Of a stretch of 64,000 bases of DNA, positions 24,382-35,785 are shown piece after piece. A program made the position numbers and the translations under genes. Within the stretch, counting starts at the first letter, position 1; each line of letters opens with the position of its first letter. The notes under the pieces were generated by a model that saw nothing but the letters and a program-made list of their open reading frames with translations, was not told the DNA's origin and did not search any database. Source of the stretch: Octopus vulgaris (Eukaryota); assembly GCA_951406725.2 (NCBI GenBank), contig OX597818.1, positions 77,314,001-77,378,000 on the forward strand. Direction: 5' to 3'.

Positions 24382-25228
24382 AAAGTGCGGGATTGGAATT
24401 ATTTTAGTTCGGTGATTTTAAAATTTTTATTCAAAATTTAATAAGACCCTTTAAATTTCATATATTAATTTTTGAAATATTATACAACATTTATATTACT
24501 TTAATTCTGTTGTTATAACTTTACTCTCAGAAACTTCGAGTTTGTCAAAAGTAGGTCGCAAACTCTGTCTAAGAAGTCATCCGATCTAAAAAATAGTTCA
24601 CACTGTATACTTAACATTTAAGATATCGTTTCGTTCATTGTCTTCAGTGTTGCGAATTATGAAGAATATTTGCTTTCGTATTACTTTTTTTTTAATTCTG
24701 AAAACTAAAGCATCTTAGTAATCATGGAATTTCTAACTGACACAGAGGCCTGATATAAAGTGCTGAATTCCCAGAAATGTATTCCGGCTCCTGTCTAGCA
24801 GATCGTGTCTGTCATTACTGAAATATCAGACTTGTGTAAATATATCAACAAATGTGCCTTCCATGAGGATTTGTTATTTAGGGAAAAAACTCCAAACTAC
24901 TAAATATAACCGTCTATGATAAAGCCGAACAAGGATTTAGTGGAATCTAACAGCTCTCTACCAGTCTCCGAAGGAAGCGGTTGTATAACTTGTTGTCTTA
25001 CTCATCATAAGTTAATTCTCTCAACCTTCCTCTGTCATTTTAACTTCACATTACCAACAAATGGAAATACGAGTGTATCGACGGCGCCACTTTTCTCACA
25101 TCTGAAGATACTGGACAACACGAAAAGATGTCCTTGCCCGAGAGGTAAATTTTTAAAAATCTAAACAAACAGAAAAAAGGGATATCCATCTATTTTTTCT
25201 CTGCCATTATTCATTGTTCCAGTGTTTA

Positions 25229-25259
<31 letters not shown>

Positions 25260-25263
25260 TCCG

Positions 25264-25295
<32 letters not shown>

Positions 25296-25480
25296 CTACA
25301 TTCTTACCTGCTTTTCTCCTTTATATAAACACACACACACACTCTTTTCTAATTCTATATTCCACTTTGCTTCTCTGTATACATCTCCCTGCATTCCTCC
25401 CTGTCTCATCTACCTATCTATCCACACATACATATTCATACACACACACATAAACACACTCAGACACTCACACACATTCG
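25229..25480. repeat. Compound (TATC)n/(TC)n/(CA)n microsatellite region
   Basis: Seen directly. Confidence 0.85.
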
Positions 25481-25789
25481 CCTCAGTCTATCTACATCTC
25501 TGTCATTTCCTCTTCGTCTAACTCTGCCGCATATTTCTGACATACATCACAAACATCTCTGCAAATATGCCCTCTTTATTCACATAGACACACAATTTAT
25601 TATTTTAGCCTACCATCGTCTCTTATTCATCCACTTTGAGTTTATGTTTGTTCTTGCTAATTCTTCTTATCTTGTTGCCAAATGTTTCCAACGGAAATCG
25701 CCGATTCTACTTCATGTTCCTCCCTCACACTTTTCACAACTTTCTTCCACACACGTATACAATCATACACTCATTTTCTTGTTGTATGT

Positions 25790-26165
25790 GTGTGATTCTG
25801 GTGTGTGTGCGAGGTGAATTTGAGTTGATCATTCTCTCTTTCTTTTTCAATCTCTGAATTCATTGAGATCGAAATGTTTACATTCACACACACACATACA
25901 CACAATCACACATTGTCTGTATGGTATGTGATATGTGATTTTCGCGTGTGGGAACTGAACTTAGATTGATCGTCCTTTCTTTTCTCTGTCTCTTTCCGAA
26001 TTCTTTGAGGATATCAAAATATTTATACATACAGACTCACACACATCCACTCGTCATGTGTGTAAGTTTAGTGTCAGGGCGTGAATTTGGGTTGGTATCC
26101 TCTCTCTCTCTCTCTTTCTGAATTCATAGATGACATCAAAATATTTACACACACGCACACACAAT
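25790..26165. repeat. Three degenerate ~120-140 bp tandem units
   Basis: Each has tgaaYttRRRttg..(CT)n..GAATTC..tcRaaatRttta..(CA)n. GAATTC at ~25856, 25998, 26120. Confidence 0.65.
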
Positions 26166-26856
26166 GGTTTTATACCCTCAATGTAATCATACTAAATTCT
26201 GTTTATCCTTATCCACTATCCCCCCACCATTTCAGGTGTTTCTTTACAAAGCGAACCAAGGGAATGAATTTAGAAATCAAAGACAAGCATCCATTTTAGG
26301 ACCGTTGTTATTACTAAAATCTATTTCTCTAGAGAGTCTTGAAGGAAGTGATGATGAATTTAGAAAGAATATTAACGTATCGCACACATCTTGAATTACT
26401 CTTTTTAACTTTTTAAACACTCTTCCATCTTTTCTCTTCGCGAATTCTCCCGTGGAAATATCAGGTGTATTTTCGATTGCCATCCCACTAGGATGGGCGA
26501 AATCTGCACAACCAACAAACGATTGTGTGAATTTTGGGTGTTCAACTTAAGCTGCCATGAAGTTCTTACTAACGGCTTCTAGTCTAATGTCTGGATATGT
26601 GTATGCATGTCCATATTTATGTATTTATGTGTATGTATGCTTATTTATATATGTGCGGGTGTGTATGTACTTTACGTATGTTATATATACGTGTGTGTAT
26701 ATATTTATGTCTGTTGTTTTATGTCGAGTTCTTTATAACAAAAAGAGAAAAGAACAATTTAATATTAACGATTTATTCAAAACTTTAGTAGTGGACATGT
26801 TTATTAAACTTTTACAAAGAAAAGATTGACTGCGACTGTCTGTGTGTGTATGTGTG

Positions 26857-26857
<1 letters not shown>

Positions 26858-26909
<52 letters not shown>

Positions 26910-26944
26910 TACACAATTGAAAGAGCTACTAATAGTTTAATGCG

Positions 26945-26991
<47 letters not shown>
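26858..26991. repeat. Paired long (TA)n tracts; others at ~11106, 18335, 21925, 32885, 34966, and (CA)n at 1453 and 38026
   Basis: Seen directly. Confidence 0.9.
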
Positions 26992-26995
<4 letters not shown>

Positions 26996-27059
26996 GGGAG
27001 AGATTTATTATATAAATACATATATGTATGTACGTCTGTTTATACGTATGCATACGGAG

Positions 27060-28530
27060 TAAACTTCTATATTTTGCATTCTTTATCGGCTTGGCAAAAC
27101 TCTTCGACAGGGTTCTAAAGTCTGTAATCTCGTGGTCGCTAAGGAAGCTAAGAATAAATGTATAGTTTCTGGAGGTCAGACAAACTATGTCAAGAGGTAC
27201 AGTTGCTGTCATCAAAGTGAGGATTAGCAGTGAATTCAGCAGCGATGCAGGCATGTCTGAGTCCTCAGACTCAGTCAGTCCTCCGTCCTTTATATATTTT
27301 TTGTAGTTCTCTAGGCCATAAAGAGGGGAGTTTGAGAGCGCTGCTGCGTGAACTATATGTTAGTGACCTACTTATAGCAGAATTTGTAGATGGAGAGAAA
27401 TTTTAGACTTGCAAACAAAATCAAGAATCGTAAGACCTCAAAGTAAACTTAGTAAAGATTATAGATTTAGTAAATAGGAAAGATGTATGCCTCTACCATT
27501 CCAAACACACTTCTCCCCAATGACTTAGTTTTATTTGGTGCTCATATATGTTAACAGCTAAGGGCTGCAAGGCAAAGGAAAAAAGTGGCCAGCAGAGGTA
27601 ATAGCTCCTTGAGTTTGTCCACCTGCTGCAATCAACGAAATGACCCTGCTTATTATGTAAAAAAGGAACTGGAAAATGATGCACAGAGGTGTTGTGAAAC
27701 CACATGAGCCTCGTATGTAGTAGATGCACAAAAGTTGTTTATTAAACACAAAATAAATTCCATGAAATTCTTGGAAAGCTCACTTAGAAGTAGTTGAGAG
27801 CTGTTGTTACCTAGGTGACCTAATTTGCAGTGGATGTAGCTGTGTCAAAAGCATAGTAGCCAGAGTGAGAACAGGGTGGACAAACTCAAGGAGCTATTAC
27901 CTCTGCTGGCCACAAAGTTGTTTTGTCTCCTAATGAGTGGTGCACTACATGATATTTGTCTATGATCTCTGATGCTGCATGGTAGTGTAAAGTGGACACT
28001 AAATGCAGAGGGAGTGTAAAGATTGGAAAGGACTGAAGCAAGCATGCTCTCCTAGATGTATAATGTTAGTGTGTATAAACAATAAAGTATAAATGAACTG
28101 AGAGAAAAACTGATTATGAGGACTTACATGTAATATGTAAAAAGAGAAGACTGCATCAATGGTCATGAGGTACGTTTGGAGGTTGACTGCTGCATAAGGA
28201 AATGCTGATAGCTAAAAGTAGATGGAAGTTGTGAAAGAGGGAGACACAGGAATATATTTTTTCTTTTTTCTTGCTGAATCTCAAGAAAGGTGCAAACTCT
28301 GCAAAACTGGTGAGATTGATGCTATTAATGTTCTGTTAAAACCTTTACAGGAAAGACTTGAATTGGAAGGACATTCTGGAGGGCTAATGTTCTGGGGAAG
28401 AAGGATTGGGCTAAGTGGTTAGATATGGGACAAAGTAGTGAAAACTAATTCCAAGATGCTGAGCCTCACCAAAAGGATGAGAATTGGTGATATGTGATGC
28501 TGGGAAAGGGCTGCCTACTCATGCAAGCAT
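27060..28530 (+). mobile_element. Heavily decayed RTE-clade LINE fragment
   Basis: Remnants of FxDLxKAFDRV, WPCxxCxKG, EVVESxCYLGD and RVRTGW motifs, with many stops and frameshifts. Confidence 0.65.
27485..27623. repeat. 139 bp templated insertion made of two exact inverted local copies
   Basis: 27485-27589 is the reverse complement of 29363-29467 (105/105). 27585-27623 is the reverse complement of 27875-27913 (39/39). Confidence 0.92.
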
Positions 28531-29409
28531 AGTGAAATAAATGTCAAAATGGCTGTGTGATTAAGAAGTTTGTTTCCCAGCTGTGTTGTTTCAGGTTCAG
28601 TCCCACTGCATGGTATCTTGGGCCAATCAAAGTCTGATGAGTGTTATTTGGTAGAAAGAAGCTTATGGTATAGTAGAAGACATGCTCAAGGTGTCACACA
28701 ACTTGGGTATGTGTCTTCTAATGTAGCCCTACATGGATCAAAGCTTTTTGGACTTGTTTGACAGAAACTGACACAAGCTCATTGTGAGCGAGTGCGTGTG
28801 TGTGTCTCCTTGTCTTGACACCACGTGATTGTTGTAAAGGAGCATCTTTTTTGTATAAGCACTCATTCATTTCCAATCTTCTGTGAAAACATATCTGACC
28901 TTGGGGAAATATTACTTTGGAGACAGGTGAAGGTTGGCAACAGGAAGGGCGTCCAACTGTAGAAAATCTGCCTCAGTGAATTTTGTTTGACCCATGCAAA
29001 TATAGAAAAGTAGCCATTAAAACATTGATGATAATATATACATGTGTGTATTTGTGTTTGTCCCCTCTTGACAACCTGTGTTGGTGTGTTTATGTCCCTG
29101 CAACTTAGTGGTTTAGCAAAAGAGATTGATAAAACAAGTACTAGGCTTAAAAGAAATTAAGTTTTAATGATGAGGACGCTGTCGTGTTTGTGTATATATA
29201 TGATGATGATCTCTCCCATCATTTTCAATGTACAAGGGTCTGACAACATGCAATTTCTTTGTCAGTTGAATTTGACATTTGAGATCTGCCAGCAATTTGT
29301 AAAGAAGCTTACAGATGCTGCAAGTATGAAGATTATGGGTCAGTGCAGACAGTATGTTTGCAGCCACTTTTTTCCTTTGCCTTGCAGCCCTTAGCTGTTA
29401 ACATATATG

Positions 29410-30400
29410 AGCACCAAATAAAACTAAGTCATTGGGGAGAAGTGTGTTTGGAATGGTAGAGGCATACTTACCCTTACTGCTGAAGAAAAAAGAGGTAAGG
29501 AAATACTATTATGAAGGGTTGTTGAATGAGTGCAATTCATCGGAAATAGTGGGTCTACCTCATGTTGACCCAACAGAGAGACCAGTGATTCAAGTTAACA
29601 GTAGTATGGTAGATAGAGAGGTTAAGGATATAAAGGCAAAGAAAGTTGCTGGTCTATCTGATGTCATTGCTGAGATGTTTCAAATATCTGGTGTTTTATG
29701 GTGCTTAAATAGTTAATTTGGTAATACAAGAAGATGTCATATGTCCAGTGACAGGTGCAGTTCACTGTTAAAAGGGCAAAAGAGATGCATATAGAGAAGC
29801 AGTTATAGAGGCATTGATTGTGAAACTAGGTTATAGAGGTAATGGAAAAAGAGCATTATTGATTAGGAACAAAATTAGCCTAGATGAGATGCAGCTTAAC
29901 ATTATTCCTGGAAAAGATACCACCGGTGATCTTCCTAGTGTGATAACTTTGAAAGTACTTAGCTAAGAGTAAACCAATATACCTAGTATTTATCTACTTT
30001 GGGAAGGCATTTGACAAGATACCACACTGTTATCTGCTGGCCACTAAAGAAATTTGGTGTAGTTGAATGGTAGGTGAGGACCATACAAGCTATGTATAAG
30101 GGTGCAGTTAGCAAAGTGAAAGACAGTAATGAGTTCAGCAAAGAATTTAGTGTGCAGGTAGGGTTCATCAAGGCTCAGTCCTTAGTCTCACCTGTTCATT
30201 ATAGTCCTAAAACTGGCTGTTTGTGTGACTTATATCCTGATGACCTAGAGAGAGCAGATGGTAGTACTATGGGCATGTGATGTGTATAGAGGATAACTGC
30301 AACTTAAGGAAGTGCTGAGCACTCAAAGTAAATGTAACATACAGAGAAGGTGACAAAGGACTGTGTTGATTAGCAATACGTAGTACTGGCAAAGACATAA
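29410..30400 (+). mobile_element. Heavily decayed RTE-clade LINE fragment
   Basis: GEKCV..YYEGLLNE, KVAGLSDVIAEM, KAF, IQAMYKGAVSKV..FSVQVG remnants. Confidence 0.7.
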
Positions 30401-30479
30401 GCACTCACACATGCTTGGTGAAAATGGGGGAGGTGAGAGTATATAATATATATAAGCATCTAGGTATTTCACTCATTTG

Positions 30480-32060
30480 TACAATCTATTGCTCACTTTG
30501 GTTGTTTGATACTCTCTCATCTCTCTATTATTGCTTCTCTTGCTCATATGAGACTTAATGGATCTGTCCATATTCATTGATCACCTCTCTATCATCCCTT
30601 CAATATCTCACTTCTCCTCTTCTGAATCACAATGCCCAAGTAATGAGGGATTGCATCAGATCTTCTGGTATCTAATACACTCCTTCTTTTACTCCTGCTT
30701 GCTACTAGTTAGCACTCTCCTCCTTTCCTCCTTAAGGTAATACCTTTATTGACATCCATCTCTCATTAACCAGTTAACATTACCTGTCTTTGCTGCTAAC
30801 CTCCATACTTCTGTCATACTTTATTGACATCCATCACATTCTGTTACCACCACCAATTCCTATAGCTATCCATCAAAAACTCTCTCTTTCTCACCAACGA
30901 ACATGAAGCTGTGTTAGTGTCTCTCTCCCATCAGGATGCCTAAGTAATGAAAGATTGCATAAAATGTGTTGGTATACTATTCTTCCTCCTCTCACACTCT
31001 CTCCTTCCATGTTGTCTACTTCTTCCTGCAATGTGCTTATCCCAAGCAACTGTTGATGTTGCATGCTATTACATCCCTACCCTATTGCCTTGAACTTGCC
31101 TTCACCAACTACTTTCCACCCAACAGCTCTTAAGCACTATAGCCTACAACACTTTTGTTTCTTGTTACCCCTGTTGCCTTTCTTATTTTGTCTGAACACC
31201 TTCCTTCAGACACGACTGAAATTTGGGTGGCTTTCTTTCTGATCTACACCCAACTTGGATCCTTTGCTTACATTGCAACATAGATCGTGTTGTCCATGTT
31301 GCTACCACCTTACATTGAAGTCAACTATTCATTTATGAACTACATCATTTGCACTTCCAAAAATGTCATTTACTGCTATAAATGCAAACTCCGTTACTTA
31401 CCATACATAGAGGAACCAGGTTGCCAGTTGCAGCTCTCTTTAGCAAAAACTTGCGGGTCATTTGAAACTACATCAGATCACTTAGGTTTGTAGCCCTCCA
31501 CTTCACTTGCCTGGTCACTCCCACTTGCACCTTGCATCTAGTCTGGGGGATTATACCACATCATAGTACTCTCATTTCCTGGCTTTGTCATGAACAGCTG
31601 TTGATCTTCCACTACAACATATGTACTCTGCTGATATTAACAAGTGACTTGCTTTCCTACTTGCCCCACACATACACCATACCTCTCCCCCTTTTTTCTA
31701 CCTGTATGCCAACACAGCATTTACACATACACACCATATCATTTACCTTCTGTATCCTTATATTAACACGCCACCATAGATTCACGCTCTAATCTATGTT
31801 ACCTTGCATGCATGTCATACACATCCTACATGTTCCCCTTTTGGCTCACATACATACAAAAACATTTTTCACATATATTTACTCCACTCGATCACATACA
31901 TTGTCTTTGTCTAAGTTTGAAAATGCAATAAGTAGCAATGAGTTACTAATCTCTCTGTAGATTGAATATTTGTACTCTTTTTGTGAGGAAGGTCTGACAG
32001 GACTAGAAACTGTTCAAATCAGTCCTACTTTTTTCTGTCCAAGGAATGATCAAAACCTCT
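30480..32060 (+). mobile_element. Decayed Penelope-like element (GIY-YIG endonuclease remnant)
   Basis: ~31345-31430 encodes CTSKNVIYCYKCKLRYLPYIEEPG, matching PLE C-x-S-x-NVIY-x3-C..YIGETG. Degenerate TGAGGA..GAAAC near 31984-32010. Confidence 0.65.
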
Positions 32061-32874
32061 TATAACCATTCACAACAAAGCTATAATTATTCTTTACAAA
32101 AATGCAGCTAATTTCTGCCAGAGAACAATTTTTATCTTAAGGTTCCAAACAAACAATATCAGATTGTATATGTTCAAATTTAGTTGTTTTTATTCTGAGG
32201 TTCCACCAATATTATTTTAAGCCATTGGTCATGTGTTCACCTTCGTTCATTGCTTGTTATTTTGTTTTTTCTTACTCTATTGCAGATATCTCTGGCTATC
32301 ACATCATGCCTTATGGGAAGGTAGTATCTAGAGGATATTCTCTCAAGTTTGTAATGATATGGCTAATGTCTTCAGTATTATTTGCGTAGCTTACCTATTT
32401 GTTGTCAGCTGATGTTTTTCTGTCTTTTGTGTAGAAGGTATTTGGTGGGGTTGTCTTGTTTTGGACTGCATGGAGGTAACATTCAAAGTGAGCTGTTATA
32501 AACTTGTTGATACTCTATACTAGGCTTTTAGTGTGGTTTATTTCCTCTATGGTCTGTGTTCTTATTTTTTTCATTTCAAGTAGTTGTGCACAACTTTCTC
32601 GGTGAACTGGTTTATTTTTTTTTTATTTTGTTGTGTTAATTATCATTTTGCCAGTGTTCCTTGGAAAGAGATCTGTTTCATCTTTTATTTCATGTTTTTA
32701 TTTTTGTGTCAAGGCATAAGCATGGCTGTGTGATTAAGAAGTTTGCTTCCCAACCACGCAGTTTCTGGTTCAGCCCTAGTGCGTGACACCTTGGGCAAGT
32801 GTCTGGGTTGACCAAAGCCTTGTGAGTGAATTTGGTAGACAGAAACTGAAAGAAGCTTGTTATATGTATGGATA

Positions 32875-32944
<70 letters not shown>

Positions 32945-34070
32945 GCAGTTATGTGGATAAACAAATTAGATACATCAAATATATTATCCTGGGCATGAAA
33001 TACAAAATATGTATATATCTATACATGCAAAACGAGAGAATGCAAAAGATGGGGAGTTTCAGATGATGAATTTTTGAGTATAACTATATAGATATTTATA
33101 AGTCCAAATTAGATTACTAATGACAAAAAAAAAGGGTGGGGTGGGGGGTAGAAGAAAAAGTGTTATAAGTCCAAAAGCAGTTTCTGGGGGCTCAGCAGTC
33201 TGTAATAATGTTGATAGATTTAGTTCATCACAACATGTGTCTGTATGGATGCAATTAACATTAGATGTGTGTGTGTGTGTGTTTGTGTCTTATCTTGACA
33301 TTCCAGGATAGTTGTAAATGAGTATTACTGTCATGCAAGCAGTGTCATTCATTTCCAGTAGTCTGCAGAAAACATGTCTGGCCTTTGGGAAATACTTCTT
33401 TGCTTGGAAACAGGTTAGGTTTGGCGAGAGGAGGGGCATCTAGCCATAGAAAATCTGTCTCAATGAATTTTGTCTGCTCCATGTGAGCATGGAAAAGTGA
33501 ACATCAAACTTGATGATGATTGTAAACTTGATAGTTGTTAGATGAGCTATTTTTCTCTGCTAGAGTTGTTGCTTTAGTGTTATAATACATGTCTTTTCTG
33601 GTGTTAATTCAGATTTAAGCCATAACCATCATCCTTTTATGAGAATTATAATCTGTCTACATATCCATTGATGTTGAAATATCCAGTGACACCAAGCAAT
33701 TAATGAGTTCTTGCATCCATCTTGCTCAGTTTTTGTAGTTACCAATTCAGAAGACCAAAAAAATAGGTGTCATGAATGGTACCAGATGAGGTATTAATTT
33801 CCTTTTCCCCTACTTGTCAATGGCTCCATCATTCTCAATGTTCTCATCTAGTTCAGGATACTTGTGATTTTAGATGGCTGTATTGTCATACTATTCATGT
33901 TTTATTTTATTGTATTTTATTTTTTTATATGATACAAGTTTTCTTTATCTAGTCACCAAAAATGCATATTTTAGACTCACTAAATTTCATATTAATTCTT
34001 CTTTCCTATTGAATTATGAAATCCAATTGTTTTGTTTGTTGTGTCTAATATTTGGCTCATACATCTTCAG

Positions 34071-34088
34071 GTCATCTCCATAAGAAAG
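34071..34088 (+). other. Candidate 18 nt micro-exon of a plus-strand transcript
   Basis: catcttcag|GTCATCTCCATAAGAAAG|gtaaga. Confidence 0.3.
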
Positions 34089-34800
34089 GTAAGAAATGTT
34101 TCTGCACTCAGGCTATCAATTTCTATGAACACCATGTTTTATGAGCAGGTATGATAACAGATTTAATGAGTAGAGTGATAAGCTACTGCTCTGCTGGATA
34201 CCATTTTATGATTTTGTATAAATGTCAGATTTTATTGCTTTGTTTTCACCTCTGATAAGTGGCGTGCCAAGTTCTTGGTCGAATAGTAGTAATAGTAGTT
34301 TCTACCAGTGGCTAAAAGTAATCTTTAATGATCCACTGCAGTGTCTTTATGTTGATTAGTAGCTACTTTGTGCAGCACCACACATCTTTCTCTCTCCTCA
34401 TCTTGCTCAGGTAATATAACATTGTTGGTGGCACAAGAATATTATGAGAAAAGGTCGAGGCACTAAATATATGTATCTCTTACGTATGCTGTTCTGGCAG
34501 GCTACTAGGTGTTAATTTATGTGAGTGTTGATGCAGGCATGGTTGTGTAGTTAAGAAGCTTGTTTCCAAACTATGTGGTTTTGGGTTTGGTTCTGCTATA
34601 TCCCCCACCCAACCAAAATAGATATGGTAGAAAGAAACTGAAAGAAGCCTGTTGTATATATATGTGTTTATTTCTCTTTTGCATATGTGATTTTATTTTT
34701 GTTCTTCTATATAAATGAAGATATTTCCTTCATTTTGCTGCTTTTCTTTCTACGAAATGAGAAGATAAATTACGGAACTGTTATTTTAACAAGTTGTGGC

Positions 34801-34916
34801 TATTTATCACCTGATGAGACACATCTGCACCACCAGATGCTCCTGAATCAGTTGTTAAGTGTCACACCTGTGAGGGACCAATGCCTGATGTGTCGAAACA
34901 ATTGTTATGATTAATA
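34801..34916 (+). ncRNA. Type I hammerhead ribozyme-like motif with a large stem II insertion, in a Penelope-type terminal repeat
   Basis: tatttatcac CTGATGA gacacatc..61 nt..gatgtgtc GAAAC AATT GTT atgattaata. Perfect 8 bp stem II, palindromic stem III, 8/10 stem I. Confidence 0.7.
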
Positions 34917-34962
34917 ATAAATTCTCGTATATTCCATTTTCTGTCCTTCATTTACTCTACAT

Positions 34963-35017
<55 letters not shown>

Positions 35018-35572
35018 CTACCCTTTTCTTTGCATCATGTGATGATAGTAAATGAGCATCATCGTCATAGAAGTGATGTTGTCTGTTTCCAGTTTTCTGT
35101 AAAGAACATGTTTGACCATGGGAAAATATTATCTTGCTTGGAAACAGGTATGGGTTAGCTACAGGGAGGACTTCTAACTGTAGAAAAACTTATCCAGGCA
35201 AATTCCATCTGACCCATGCAAGCATGGAAAAGTGGTTGTTAAAACAATGATGATAAATGATTAACAGATAGCTTCGCTTAGAGGACTGAAAGATTACTTA
35301 TTAATACAACCTTTTTAGATAGGGTTGCTACCATTTGGTTTTAGGCTTTCAGAAAATCAGAGATCCAAATGCCTGACTTTCATTATGAAAACACTGACAT
35401 GACAAAGATTCTGTGTGGTTATCTCATCAAAAGCTTTTGTAAAATAAAACTATTTTCAGCTAGATGGATCCGGATAGCAGAGTCTTCAGAATTTGCTTGT
35501 GTTGTAGAAGGTGTTGAAACAGTTTCTTCTAAGGCAGAATGTGTGTTTGATGTTGTTAAAAAGCATCTATTA

Positions 35573-35785
35573 TGAGGGGATACTGAAAAGTTCCTGGCTT
35601 TGGGTAAAAGAAAATACTGGAAGATCAGTTAAGATTTTGTTCAACATATTCCCCTCTCAGATTCACACACTTATTGCAGTGGTCCTTCAGTTTTTCTAAG
35701 CCCTGTAAAAGAACTCAGAAGGTTGGGCCTCCAATCAAGTCTTTTATGATACTCTTAAAAGTCAGGAACTTTTCAGTGTCTCTTG
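35573..35785. mobile_element. Mariner-derived MITE
   Basis: TA-flanked imperfect TIRs tgaggggatactgaaaagttcctggcttt / aaagtcaggaacttttcagtgtctcttg. Confidence 0.8.

Noticed and set aside
24916-25164. 82 aa ORF as first coding exon of the divergent gene
   Set aside because: No recognisable homology and no downstream exon giving a sustained frame. Kept only as a possible UTR exon.
25214-25521. ORFs rich in YLSI/HT/IY/CV repeats here and throughout the track
   Set aside because: Translations of microsatellites and SINEs.
27485-29467. A 2 kb DNA transposon with 105 bp TIRs
   Set aside because: No TSD, the right arm runs continuously into an RTE fragment, and the left arm is fused to a second local inverted copy.
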